Shown in pieces: positions 49,301 to 64,000 of a stretch of 64,000 bases of DNA (position 1 is the first letter of the stretch; each line of letters opens with the position of its first letter). The notes under the pieces were generated by a model that was not told the DNA's origin, made no database searches, and saw nothing but the letters and a program-made list of their open reading frames with translations. The stretch comes from Macrostomum lignano (lineage: Eukaryota). Where the stretch lies: assembly GCA_002269645.1 (NCBI GenBank), contig NIVC01001541.1:1-64000 (forward strand). The letters are read 5' to 3'. A program made the position numbers and the translations under genes.

Positions 49301-50683
49301 TTGAGAGTCAGAAACTCGCTTTGAGAGCCAAGAAGCTCGCTTTGAGAGCCAAGAAGTTGAGAGCCAAGAAACCCGCTTTGAGAGCCAAGAAACTCGCTTT
49401 GAGAGTCAGGAACCCGCTTTGAGAGCCAAGAAACTCGCTTTGAGAGTCAGGAACCGCTTTGAGAGTCAGGAACCGCTTTGAGAGCCAAGAAGCTCGCTTT
49501 GAGAGCCAAGAAACCTGCTTTGAGAGCCAAGAAACCCGCTTTGAGAGCCAAGAAACCCGCTTTGAGAGTCAGGAACCCGCTTTGAGTGTCAGGAACCCGC
49601 TTTGAGAGCCAAGAAACTCGCTTTTAGAGTCAGGAACCGCTTTGAGAGTCAGGAACCGCTTTGAGAGCCAAGAAGCTCGCTTTGAGAGCCAAGAAACCCG
49701 CTTTGAGAGCCAAGAAACCCGCTTTGAGAGTCAGAAACCCGCTTTGAGAGCCAAGAAACTCGCTTTGAGAGTCAGGAACCGCTTTGAGAGTCAGGAACCG
49801 CTTTGAGAGCCAAGAAGCTCGCTTTGAGAGTCAGGAACCGCTTTGAGAGTCAGAAACCCGCTTTGAGAGCCAAGAAACTCGCTTTGAGAGCCAAGAAACT
49901 CGCTTTGAGAGTCAGGAACCCGCTTTGAGAGCCAAGAAACTCGCTTTGAGAGTCAGGAACCCGCTTTGAGAGCCAAGAAACTCGCTTTGAGAGTCAGGAA
50001 CCGCTTTGAGAGTCAGGAACCGCTTTAAGAGCCAAGAAGCTCGCTTTGAGAGCCAAGAAACCCGCTTTGAGAGCCAAGAAACCCGCTTTGAGAGCCAAGA
50101 AACCCGCTTTGAGAGTCAGAAACTCGCTTTGAGAGCCAAGAAACCCGCTTTGAGAGTCAGGAACCCGCTTTGAGAGTTAGGAACCCGCTTTGACAGCCAA
50201 GAAACCCGCTTTGAGAGCCAAGTAACCCGCTTTGAGAGTCAGGAATCCGCTTTGAGAGTCAGGAATCCGCCTTGAGAGTCAGGAACCCGCTTCAAGAGTC
50301 AGGAGCCCACTTTTTTAATCAGAAACCCCGGTTTTCTTAGCCTTATTAAAGAATCGGACCGTGATGCACCGCATGTACATTGCACAGAAGAGCTACAAAA
50401 GTCCAGTGCAGAGTCCCTCCACTCACTTGGCCAGCTGCAGCATTCTGCTGTGCGACTTCGCCATGTGAGAGCCGCCGAAGCACCAGCCTCGCGATTCGCC
50501 ATCGGCGCATCGGACCGGCTTGGTGAGGGTCCGGCCGCCCACCCGGTCTTCGGCAGCCTCCAGCACCAGCACGCGCAGGTCCGGACGCGCCTGCAGCAGC
50601 CGCTGAGCCGCCGATAAACCGGACAGACCGGCGCCAACGATGGCCACATCGCAGGACAGCTGCGCGCCTCCGAACGCTGACAT
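46346..50683 (-). CDS. Flavin-containing amine oxidase (MAO-like), 476 aa; exons 50683-50427, 48308-47903, 47559-47422, 46975-46346
   Basis: GAGLSG dinucleotide fold, LEA.DRVGGRT and LHFAG...MEGAVQSGQRAA. Splice phases match; total 1431 nt. Confidence 0.92.
47076..47404. repeat. Near-perfect 15-bp intronic minisatellite CAGTGTGCAGGATCA
   Basis: About 22 copies in oxidase intron 3. Confidence 0.97.
47665..47890. repeat. 21-22 bp intronic minisatellite AAGAGACAGGGGCGCCAACC(T)
   Basis: About 10 copies in oxidase intron 2. Confidence 0.92.
48325..50300. repeat. 2-kb intronic minisatellite GAGAG(CCAAGA/TCAGG)AACCCGCTTT, about 20-21 bp
   Basis: Fills oxidase intron 1. Confidence 0.96.
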
Positions 50684-51820
50684 TTGACTGAAATCCTTCG
50701 CTAAACTGCTGCAGACTGCAAATAAGCTGGCCAGAATTAACTGACAGGTGTGCGAGCTCGGTAGAAATCGCTTTTTGGCCTGCTTGAAACGCGGGCTCTT
50801 ATCACCCGCCCTCCGTACATATGGACAGATGTGCAACAGTAGTACTGTAACTGTGTACTCTATCCTCAATGCACTCTGCGCTATTTATAAACCAACTGCC
50901 CATTCGTCGCTTACTCAGTCTATACTAGCCCAGCTTAAGCAAAGCATGCAGCAAATGTGAGCTCAAACTGGATTGGATTGAGAACAATGGAACGGCTGGC
51001 AGTTGCTGCGTGAAGCCTTAGTAGAGGAAATTAAAAGGGCTTGAAGCCCTTCTTCTGGAAAAGTGCAATACCACAGATGCCATAATGACAATTAAAATTG
51101 CTACTAACGCAAAGTCAAAAAAGAATTATCTCAGAAATTTCAAAAGACCACTGGTAAATGTGTGCTATACGGTATATGTACTGCAGTACAGTTGTACGTC
51201 ATTACAGAAACAGACATTTACATTATAAACTATGGACGTAGCTCGTACATGCATATCGATTTTTTGTATCTATGCGTAAATGTGCACCATTTAGGGCATC
51301 AAAAGGGGTAATTGTGAGTTTAGGGCGCCAGTTTACAGTCTAGGGATGTATTTACTTTTTTGTTTTGGTGGAACATATGTATATGGGAACGTAACAGATT
51401 TTCAATTTCCAAATGTTGACACGACGACATTAAATTTTTTGTTATTAAGATCAAGAGCACCTGCACACCGTGCTGGATAAGAGAATTGAACTGTATGCAT
51501 GGGCGCGACCTTTGGTGCGAAAAAGAGCTAAAAGAGACTAAATCCCTACATTTTCAGAATCGGTGGTGTTGTCAGCACTCCATTTAGCGCCGCGGGCACT
51601 CATTTTGGCGCCGCAGGCTTTCATTTTCGCGCCGCAGGCGGTACATTTTGTCACCCTGCTGCAAAACTGTTGATTTCCGTAAACGGGTCACAAGGCGGGG
51701 TGAGGGTCACAAAGCATTGGCATGTCCCCCTCAAATCTTTTAGGACATGTCCCGCCTGTCCCCCACGTTGGCGACGCCTCTAAACTATAATTAATCTTCA
51801 GACGCTTTCTAATTACATTC

Positions 51821-52320
51821 TGTATGACATTTTCAGAACTATATAAAAGAAGGATGCTGAAGTGCCGCTGATTAACAGCTACGAGTATTAATGGCATCAA
51901 TAGCCGCAGATTTTTATCTATGATTGAATACTGAGATTATTAACCCAGCTATTATCTCAGTTTCTGATTATCTGGGACGGTTCTGCAGGGAACTGTTACT
52001 ACCAACTCATTATTTTTTATCAATTTTGACTCACATGTTTCATTCTTGGGTTACGTAAAATACAGAAACGACTGTCGCTTTTGTCCGCTAGGGGAGACAC
52101 GATGCGTGATATAGTTTTTTAATTTAGATTTTCTGAAGCCAATTTCTTACAGAACTTCCTGCAGTCTAAGTATAGTATAATAGATGCTGCATATTTTTTT
52201 TACTTTAGCTTTATATAATGACTGTGAAGTGAAGATTCTACATTCAGCAGTATAAAATTTGGTCACACAGTGAAACATTAAAGCTTAGTCCAATTTCAAT
52301 CAGTCGTGTTAAGTTTAGCC
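51821..52320 (+). repeat. Dispersed repeat of about 500 bp, copy 1
   Basis: Colinear with 60282-60830; shares CCGCTAGGGGAGACACGATGCGTGATAT and AAATTTGGTCACACAGTGAAACATT. Confidence 0.8.
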
Positions 52321-52960
52321 ATTTTTAATACACTTTCAATATCTTAACAGTGACATCTGCGGTGAGCTGTGCATGACATTTTTGTATGCAATGACGAAAA
52401 GCAGAAAGAGCTATAAGAAAATTTTTCTGAGTCTAAGGTTGCAGTGGCTACGGTGGTTTTTACTAATTTCAGTTGCTTATCTGTCTTATTTCTTGTTCAA
52501 AGCATTGAGAGGTACTTCTTTTTTTACAAATTTCTTACTAGTAGTAGTAGAAATTGCGAATCTGTTTTATTTCTTGTGGAGTTCAGAGTGAAATTTGCTG
52601 CTAACTAATTTGACTCGTTTTTATTTTCTATTTCCAAAGGTGTCATAGACTCATTTTATTTTATTCAAAAAGATGTTCGATAACCAGTCGTAACACACGC
52701 TGCACTCGAAACCAGGCGGTATTTTCTCCCGTTCACGACTCTCTAGTTCGTTATCCTTGCTACGGACTTTCTCCTGTGGCTCCTTCACCTCCTTCAAAAT
52801 AGTAAGAAATGAAGCAATGGATTGATTAATGATAAAAAGTACACAGAAAACACAAATTTCGAGTCTTAGCTGCACTGATATTGAAAAATTGGCTAATTTC
52901 GTTGCAACGAATCTCGACTCCACTTGTCGTAGATTTCCTCTAGAAGCAATTAGCTAGATC

Positions 52961-53389
52961 CAGTGGCGGATCTAGAGCTTCATTTTCGGGAGGGGGCGGT
53001 CCAAGTTTGGGGCGCCAACACGAGTATAAGGGCGTCAATTTTTAAGCTAGGGGGCGCATAAAATGCGTGTATGGGGCAAAAGGTCAAGCTTGGGGCGCAT
53101 AAAATGCGTGTATGGGGCAAAAGGTCAAGCTTGGGGCGCATAAAATGCGTGTATGGGGCAAAAGGTCAAGCTTGGGGCGCATAAAATGCGTGTATGGGGC
53201 AAAAGGTCAAGCTTGGGGCGCATAAAATGCGTGTATGGGGCAAAAGGTCAAGCTTGGGGCGCATAAAATGCGTGTATGGGGCAAAAGGTCAAGCTTGGGG
53301 CGCAAACTCAGGTTTTTGGGGGGGGGGGGCGCAATATGTTCTGTCAAGCTATTTAGGGGGGGGCGCCCCCCCCCCTAAATCCTCCCCTG
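52961..53389. mobile_element. hAT-type MITE with an internal 41-bp tandem expansion
   Basis: 8-bp TSD GCTAGATC (52953-52960 and 53390-53397), TIR CAGTGGCGGATCTAG / CTAAATCCTCCCCTG, and six copies of GGGGCGCATAAAATGCGTGTATGGGGCAAAAGGTCAAGCTT. Confidence 0.85.
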
Positions 53390-53981
53390 GCTAGATCACT
53401 ATTTTCATGTAATACAATTGTGCAGTTTCGTGCACCTCAAAGTTTCGCCTTAAGATTTTGCAATCGTCTTCTGTCAGTCGCGGTCGATGGCATAATTGTG
53501 GGGTGAGAAGCCCGAGTGGTTTCGGTGTTTGCTTAAATTACAGCTAGCAGTAGAAAATTGCAGAAAATTCTAGACTGTACAATCTTGGAGCCAAGCCCGC
53601 GCAGAGGTGAGAAAAATAATCGATATAGCTGAGTTTACGATTTGCAAAGATTTGCGACCTGACTCAAAAAATATAGAAAATTCTAGAAAAATATTTTTAT
53701 GATACGTGTTACCCGGTGGAACACGAGGTGTTACGCTAGTGAGGAGAGAATTTTCTCTGTACACAGAGCATGGGGTTTCGGAGGCGAAGAGCATAAAAGA
53801 GAAGCTTGGTGGAGAGAGACTGTAACCGAAGCCAGCGTGTCTAAGACTGTAAACTTGTAAAACCCCTCCTGCTGGCAATTGAAGCGTCTTCCTTCTCAAA
53901 GAAACATTCTCGCAACTGCGACTGCCTATGAACTAACCGTGTTTTCTCATCTGATCTCATTTGCTATAACGATTTATAGCT

Positions 53982-56835
<2,854 letters not shown>

Positions 56836-59800
56836 ACGCAAGAGCCAGTAACTTTGAACTGATTTTGGACACGGTCACTCGGTGTGAAAAAGTTAGAAAA
56901 GTTAGAAAATGAAATTGAACAGAATACATTTTTCGGCGAGTTAGTACTGCTGCAGCTCCGCCCTTTCGGACCCGGCCCATATATTGCTGTACCTATTTTG
57001 GTTCTTGCATGCTGATTTTTTTCTGCTTCTGATTATAACTGGACTTGTTTTTTCATTGAAGGTGAGAGGGGTTTTATTTTACCTTATTTTAGCCTTCTCT
57101 ATTAATGTATTTTCTACATTATTCAGCTAGATGTACATGTACGTTTTTTCTGCCCATTTCTGCCTATATTTGATAAAAATGACTCAAATTTTTAAAAGCT
57201 ACAGATTTTATTAAAGGTTCTCAGTCAATTTTCTCTCAATCATAAGCAATTACAATCCGCATCATGCGTCTCTGCTTGAGTGATATATATTTATCGTAGC
57301 ACACACAAATTAGCGACATCACAAATTATATATTTATACAACATAGTATCCTCTGTTGTGCACATTGTTATAGGAGCTATATTGCTTTTCGGATATTAAG
57401 GTCTGTATGCACTCTTTCTGGCACCCTACGTAGTCTGTCCCTTACAATTACAATTCCTGAATGTATTGAAGCCTATTAATACAGGATAGCAGGTAGCAGC
57501 TCTTTGCTGTGTCCCCAGGGCCCCGTCTCAGCCCCGGAGTCCCCGTTGGCGGTGGAGGAACCCTGGTGTGCCTTGTGCCACTGAAGGCGGATGAGGTAGC
57601 TTTTGCTGCCCAATGACATCCACACTGATCTGCCTGCCTGCTCCTCCAGCAGTCAGGCCCACCTTATCTTTTGGAGGCTGAGGGCAGGATTAGCACTCCA
57701 GCCATTGTAAAACCATTTTTGCCAGCTCTGTCTGTTTTCCATGCTGTTGTGTCGTGCACTTTTGCAGTGCAAGTGCGCCTTGCCCTTCCAGACGGGTTGA
57801 GTCACCCCTGTTTGCGCCCATGTTGTTTTTGTTTGGTATCACCCCCTTCGCGTATGCCGCAGCCAGAGGCTTAAGTCGGTTTGTTTTCTTACTTGTATTA
57901 TTTTTCCAACTTTTCCAACTTTTGGCCTATCTGGTACGATTATTTGTGCTAGTTTCCTATTAATCATTAGTTTAGAATGTTTTACTCAATTCATTTTGTC
58001 CCTCTCCACTGTTTGTCGTGGCTCGGCACTTTGCTCTTATGACGGGGGGCTCCGCGCCTCCCCGACGTGGCCGGTCTTCTTTGAAGTTTTGTACGGGTTT
58101 GCCGGTTTCAGGCCAGAAAACCGGGCGGACTGTTGCCGGTCATCTGGGTGGTGTGTGCTGGTCCCCCGGGTGGTAGCCGGGGTGGGGTGCGGTGCGTGCT
58201 TGTGTCTGTCTTCTTTCTTCCTTCTTCCTTTTGCCTTCTTCTTTGATTCTCTAATTTACTGTGTCATTTTGTCTATCCCATCTGCGACGGGCTCTGGGCC
58301 TTTCTAACATTTGTTTTTTGCTTTTTCTTTTCTCTGTGTCTCTCACTTTTGTTTGTCGTTTTTCTCCATTTTGTTCTGTGTCTCCAGTCGTCCGATGCTT
58401 TATTTGCTGCTGTTCCTCTTTCCTCTTTCCTTACGGTAACGTGCGCCTTCTACCTACCGTGTCCTCTCCTTTTTTCCAGTTTCCTGTGCGCTCATTGCCT
58501 ATTTTGGCGTGCATTAAATTACACTGACACATTGAACTTACTGTTGAGGTCAGCTTTCAGACCACTCCGGTGTCTCCGGTAACAAGACAATAGCCTTTAA
58601 GGATTAAGATTTTGATATAAAAATGTGTAAGCGGTATTAATTGGTACTTTGGCAACGTGCTGGAGAGCCTGCCACGAGGAGAGACCATGGTGAGGCGACA
58701 TAAAGATGGTGCCGACACCACGGACTCTTCTCTTCCCCCCCCCCTGTGTCGGCTTCGACGCCACCCTTGCACCGACGCTTTGCATTAAAGAGGCCGTCTG
58801 TGCGCGGAGGCAAACTGCCGCGAGGTAAGAAAGTAGTTCTTTCTACAACTGCTCCCACTCACTTACGTATCCACCTTCTTGTTCTAGCCAAGGTTAGCTG
58901 CAACTCTGTTCATTCCACCCAAGATTTGGAGGCCGTGACAAAAAGTAAAGCAGTCGAAGCTACGGAATTACCCTTTCACTAATTCTAATTTTCCCAAGTT
59001 TGAGAATATCGGCCAGTCTGGTAGTTGCCAGCACAGTTAAGATAAGTTCCCAATCAAATTTGTCTCCACAGATTTTATGCTTTGGATCGAGTGCTGATGG
59101 CCTCACCAGTGAACTGAATTCCCAGAGCTGGAATATATCGAATAATTTAATCAGCCCCTTGGCATCAAGCAGATACATCCCGACAACATGATCCTCCCTT
59201 CCGTTCAATCATTGGTTAATTTTCACGACTGCTACAATAGGAAACTAGAAATTACACAAGCGTCTCAGCTTCCATCTCGAATCATGTGTTGATAATGTGC
59301 TGATGGCCCGAGCTGTGGATTCTCCACAACCTGGCCAGGGCCTACCGCTCCCACTAACTAATGTTATTTTTCACCCTGTTAGTTTCCCTCACTGTCTCAT
59401 CGGAGTCTGATCCCCTTCTGCACACTCCCACCATTTAGTACCATTCGTACGAGTAATGATATACAATGTACGAGTCGTAAATGGAAAAGTCGAATCGTAA
59501 ATTTTGGAACGTATTTTTTGTTTTGGAGTAACGTATGTATACTCTACATGTATAGTAGCAAAATTTCTATTTATATTTCTATGTTGACCAAGGAGAACAA
59601 AAGCAACACATATGCCAAGATTTTTACGAGTAGTAGTCCTTGATGGTGACACGACATAAAATTAGGATGTTTTTTACGTGCAATTGCATATGGCCTGTGC
59701 CTAAAAACCATTATGGTACGGCTCAGCTCGCTGGTTTTATGAATCTATTTCGTCATTCTTAGCTGACCGTGTAACCATGCAGAATGTGTAACAGCTGCAG

Positions 59801-60281
59801 ATCGATAGGTCCAGATACATGTAATACAGAAATTGCATGTACATGTGTACGTGTACGTCGCCTGTGGCCTTCTAAAACTTTTTCAATTAAACGTGAGTGT
59901 CGCGTTCCGTAGTATATACTTTGCTTTAGTCATCCTTGGCGTTAGCACTACACGGTATTGGACTAGAAATTAAAAGGAAATCATGGTACGTAAAGCATGT
60001 ATGTGGTCGCGAATTCGAGGTGTTAAGGTGCTAAAAACTTCGTCAGTGGCGCAAATATGAAATAATATGTCCACATGCAAGTTACATTGTGCATCAAATG
60101 TAGTGGGTAATGTACAAGTGCATGTACATGTACATCAAACTAATCTAACTAGTGTATATGTACATGTACATATAAATCATGGGTGTCCAAACAATTTTGT
60201 TTTTTTTTTCATAAGAGCTTAACTGTGCTTGATACATGCATGTTTCTAAAGATCCTTATACCCTATCTAGTTTATAGATTT

Positions 60282-60830
60282 TGTATGACACTCAGAAATA
60301 TTAAGAAGGATGCGGAGCTGCCGCTGATTTAACGGTTACTAAACGTTACCGACCGTAGATTTTATCGATGGTTGAATATTGAGATTGCTAACCCAGCTAT
60401 TAGCCCAAATTCTTGATAGTTTAGGCCAATTCCGAAAACTGTTAATACCGACTCACTCTTTTATCAATTTTGACTCATAATTTTCAGTCGAGGAGGCAAG
60501 AAGTAAGAAGTTTCATTCTCTGGTAACGTAAAATTCAGCAACGACCGTCGTATTTCTCCGCTAGGGGAGACACGATGCGTGATATAATTTTTTTAATTTA
60601 GATTTTCTGAAGCCAATTTTATTACAGAATTGTGTCAAAGCATACTATAATAGATACTGCACGGCCTACACAGGCTACACGCCGCTACACTAATAGATTT
60701 TTTATAATTTTTTATTTTGGCTTTTATATAATGACTTGTAGTGAAGTCTCCACATTTAACAGTAAAATTTGGTCACACAGTGAAACATTCAAGCAAAAGT
60801 CTAATTTCAATCAATTGTTTAAGTTTAGCA
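60282..60830 (+). repeat. Dispersed repeat of about 500 bp, copy 2
   Basis: Direct-orientation homologue of 51821-52320 with two small insertions. Confidence 0.8.
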
Positions 60831-61561
60831 CTGCTCTTATCAGTGATATGTTTTATTTTATTTTGTTATATAGCCATGTATCGCAATATACAGCAACATG
60901 CACATCTACACATTTTTTAATTCACTTTGTTTTTACTTACACTGGTCGACTTTGGTTTCCAGACATACCGAATTATTGCTTTAATGATAGTGAATTACGA
61001 GTATATACAATCAAACTACACTCATTTTCGAACACATTAAATTATCCAACTTCTTTAGCTTCGCAATTTTTTTAAATCACAATTTGAAATCACATATTAC
61101 AATTCAAATCTGTTTATTACTATCTATACTAAGTTGACCTAGAAATTTTGGTTAGTTCATTTGAAATAAATTATATAAAAAATACAAAATATTTTTAAAT
61201 ACCAATTTATGTCAAAATATCCACTTAAAAGGTATTAACTGACCTAATGATTTTAAGACAAGCAGATAGTAGTTAGAAATTTCAAAAGTTATGAATATTT
61301 TTACTATAAATATATAACTCTATTTTTAAATTTCTAAAATAATAAAAAATATGACTTATCATTACCTTTCATTTAAGTTTATTAAAACAAACAGGGAAGA
61401 TACTGCAGCAAATTGACAGTAGGAAACATTAAATACCAATCTGTTAAGCCAAATAGCAAAATAATTTAGCTTCCAATAATGAGTACAAATTGCAATGTAC
61501 AGCTGAAAAAAAAACAACTGCTTGACTCGCACCCGTAGCGGGCAAAGCCCAGCCACCCGCC

Positions 61562-64000
61562 ATGCTGAACTTCACCCTGCCACTGGGGCAGCCGGCCGGC
61601 TTAGACAGGCGGGAATCAGCTGAGGGGCTGGACGACCACAGCTCCCGCCTGGCGCAGACTCTGCCAACCAAACTGCCGGATGACCCGGCAGCCTCGGGCC
61701 TGGCCTTTCAGCGCCTCCTGCGCGGTCAGTTTGAGCACCTGCCGGAGAAAAAGTCCAAGACTGTGCAGGTCTTCATCAGCTCCACATTCTCCGGTGAGAC
61801 TGCCGCATTGAATGCGGGAATTCTCACCTGATAAGAGGGAATTTCTCACCTGATAAGAGGGAATTTCTCACCTGATAAGAGGGATTTTCTCACCTGATAA
61901 GAGGGAATTTCTCACCTGATAAGAGGGAATTTCTCACCTAATAAGATGGAATTTCTAACCTGGCTTGGGGAATTTCTGACCTGATAAGAGAGAATTTCTC
62001 ACCTGGCACGGGAAATTTCTTATCGGACACTACTTTTTCACCTGAATACTAAGGAAAGGAACATAGCTAGTCGTCAGTAAAACTGGGCATATTTTTGCCG
62101 ATTCAAACAAACTTTGCCTTCCCTCAGACATGCACCTGGAGAGGAACATCATCATGCAGGCCGTCTACCCGAAAATGAAAGATTTCTGTCGAGAAAAGTA
62201 CGGCTTGGAATTCCAGGCAAGGCGGTTCGCTTTGGTTGTCTTTGTTAAAAATATCAGTAAATAATTTCACTGTATATACAATTCACCTACTGCAAGTAGC
62301 AACAGACGCCATGACGCTAAAATAATTCTAAAATCACCGGGAAACCGATGTGCAGATTGCGGACATGCGCTGGGGCATCCAGGAGGGGGCCGCCCTCGAC
62401 CACATGGCCACCGAGATTTGCCTGGCCGAGATTGGCACCTGCATGCGGATGTCCGTGGGGCCCTACTTTCTGGTGAGTCACGTGACTGAGTCTAAGGATC
62501 GCATGATTGGGCCTACTGAGTAGGTGACTGAGTTTAAGCATCAGGTGATTGAGATCAATGATCAAGTTGCTGAGCTGTATGATGAGGTGACTGAGTTTGG
62601 AAATCAGGTGACGTGACTGAGTTTCAAGGATCAGGTGGCTATCGTTTATCATCAGAAATTTCTATCGTCAGAAATCCACAGAATATCCATGGAATTTTCA
62701 CGGATTTTCCCTGCTATTCTCTGCAGGCCATCCTGGGTGATCGCTACGGCAGCCGCGAGCTGCCCAGGCGCATCAGCCAGCGCCAGTTCCGAGCTGTGGC
62801 TGGCGCGGCAGAGGCGACTCCATCGGTTGCTGAGCTGCTGCGCTTCTGGTATCTGGAGGACTCCAACTGCCAGCCGCCTGTATGGGAGCTGCGGCCGCTG
62901 ACCAACGCTGAGCTGGCTGACAGGTGCTCGCTGACGTCATATAGCTGACCCACCTGACTGACATGGCTGACCCACCTGACTCATGGCTGATCCAGCTGAC
63001 TTAAATTACTCAACTGACCCAGCTGAGCCAGAACTGACCCAGAACTGACCCAGATCTGACCCAGAACTGACCCAGAACTGATGACCCAGCTGACCCAGAA
63101 CTGACCCAGAGCTGACCCAGAACTGATGACCCAGCTGACCCAGAGCTGACCCAGAACTGACCCAGAACTGACCCAGCTGACCCAGAGCTGACCCAGAACT
63201 GATGACCCAGCTGACCCAGAGCTGACCCAGAGCTGACCCAGAACTGACCCAGCTGACCCAGAGCTGACCCAGAACTGATGACCCAGCTGACCCAGAGCTG
63301 ACCCAGAGCTGACCCAGAACTGACCCAGCTGACCCAGAGCTGACCCAGAACTGACCCAGCTGACCCAGAGCTGACCCAGAACTGATGACCCAGCTGACCC
63401 AGAACTGACCCAGAGCTGACCCAGAACTGACCCAGCTGACCCAGAGCTGACCCAGAACTGATGACCCAGCTGACCCAGAACTGACCCAGAACTGACCCAG
63501 CTGACCCAGAGCTGACCCAGAACTGACCCAGCTGACCTAAAACTGACCCAGAACTGACCCAGAGCTGATGCAGAGCCCCCCGAACTGCAGGTGGCGAGCG
63601 GAAGCTCCAATTCTTCGATCCGGCGTCCGCCACTGCCTGCCCGTTGCCATGGAAACGCCCTGGCAGCTGAGCGCTGAGGAGGCAACGCCGTTCACGGCCT
63701 CGGTGACCCACCTGGAGCTGCTGGCGGGGCTGGCCGGGGCTCCAGAGAGTCGCCGCCGAGACGCCCTGCTGCTCAGACGGGAGCTGCTGGACACCGACGC
63801 CGCCAGCGAGTCGCCCGAAGGCGCCGACGCCCGCAGCGCCCTGGAGCGGCTGAAGCGCAGCGACCTGCCGGCGCTGCTGCCGGTGGCCAACGCCGTCACC
63901 GTGCGGACTGGCCGGGCGGAGCTCCGGGATGTCGCGGCAGGCGGCGGCCGCTACGCCGCCCGCTTCGAGGCCGCGGTGGAGAGGCAGCTGCAGCGGCTGG
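61562..64000 (+). CDS. NWD1/NWD2-like (DUF4062 + NACHT + WD40 family) protein, 3' partial; exons 61562-61793, 62128-62216, 62356-62472, 62727-62923, 63591->64000
   Basis: KTVQVFISSTFSDM..ERN..M..VYP..K.FC...YGLEFQ..DMRWG...DH...ICL.EI..C...S.GPYF...LGDRYG and SVTHLE, the characteristic N-terminus of NWD-type proteins. NACHT and WD40 parts lie beyond the window. Confidence 0.88.
61822..62010. repeat. 22-bp intronic minisatellite CTCACCTGATAAGAGGGAATTT
   Basis: Starts just after the donor of NWD-like intron 1 and decays towards the 3' end. Confidence 0.9.
62945..63565. repeat. Intronic CTGACCCAG(A/G)(A) minisatellite, 9-11 bp units
   Basis: Fills NWD-like intron 4. Confidence 0.95.

Noticed and set aside
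52651-52790. Exon-like frame ending FECSVCYDWLSNIF (start of a RING finger)
   Set aside because: The remaining RING ligands and matching exons were not found.
58040-58110. Minus-strand KKTGHVGEAR resembling a decayed Gag zinc knuckle in a purine-skewed region
   Set aside because: The cysteines are absent and there are no supporting pol motifs.

Overview
Eukaryotic (animal) genomic DNA. GC-rich spliced exons sit among AT-rich intergenic DNA, and most introns hold a minisatellite. This architecture and gene content suggest the flatworm Macrostomum (inference, not verified). Genes reconstructed by hand from splice sites: a 5'-partial uncharacterised gene (+), an Ig-TM protein (+), HDHD2 (+), a basigin/neuroplastin-like gene (-), a myristoylated NCS-type EF-hand protein (-), a class A peptide-type GPCR (+), a PAN-like + fibrinogen-domain protein (-), two tandem paralogues of a small LRAT/PPPDE-like papain-fold protein (+, one chimeric), a flavin amine oxidase (-), a DACRG caspase-like protease (+) and a 3'-partial NWD1/2-like gene (+). 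Mobile DNA: a complete young Ty3/Gypsy element (identical-looking 288-bp LTRs, GTATC TSD, one in-frame TAA in integrase), hAT-, Kolobok- and Harbinger-type MITEs, and decayed Merlin, LOA/R1-like and RTE-like fragments. Best leads: the papain-fold cluster with exon fusion, the DACRG caspase next to an NWD-like gene, a sharply bounded CpG-free domain, and a hairpin element present twice. Several otherwise intact genes carry 1-nt indels, mostly at short homopolymers, which are probably assembly errors. No rRNA, tRNA or CRISPR array was found.
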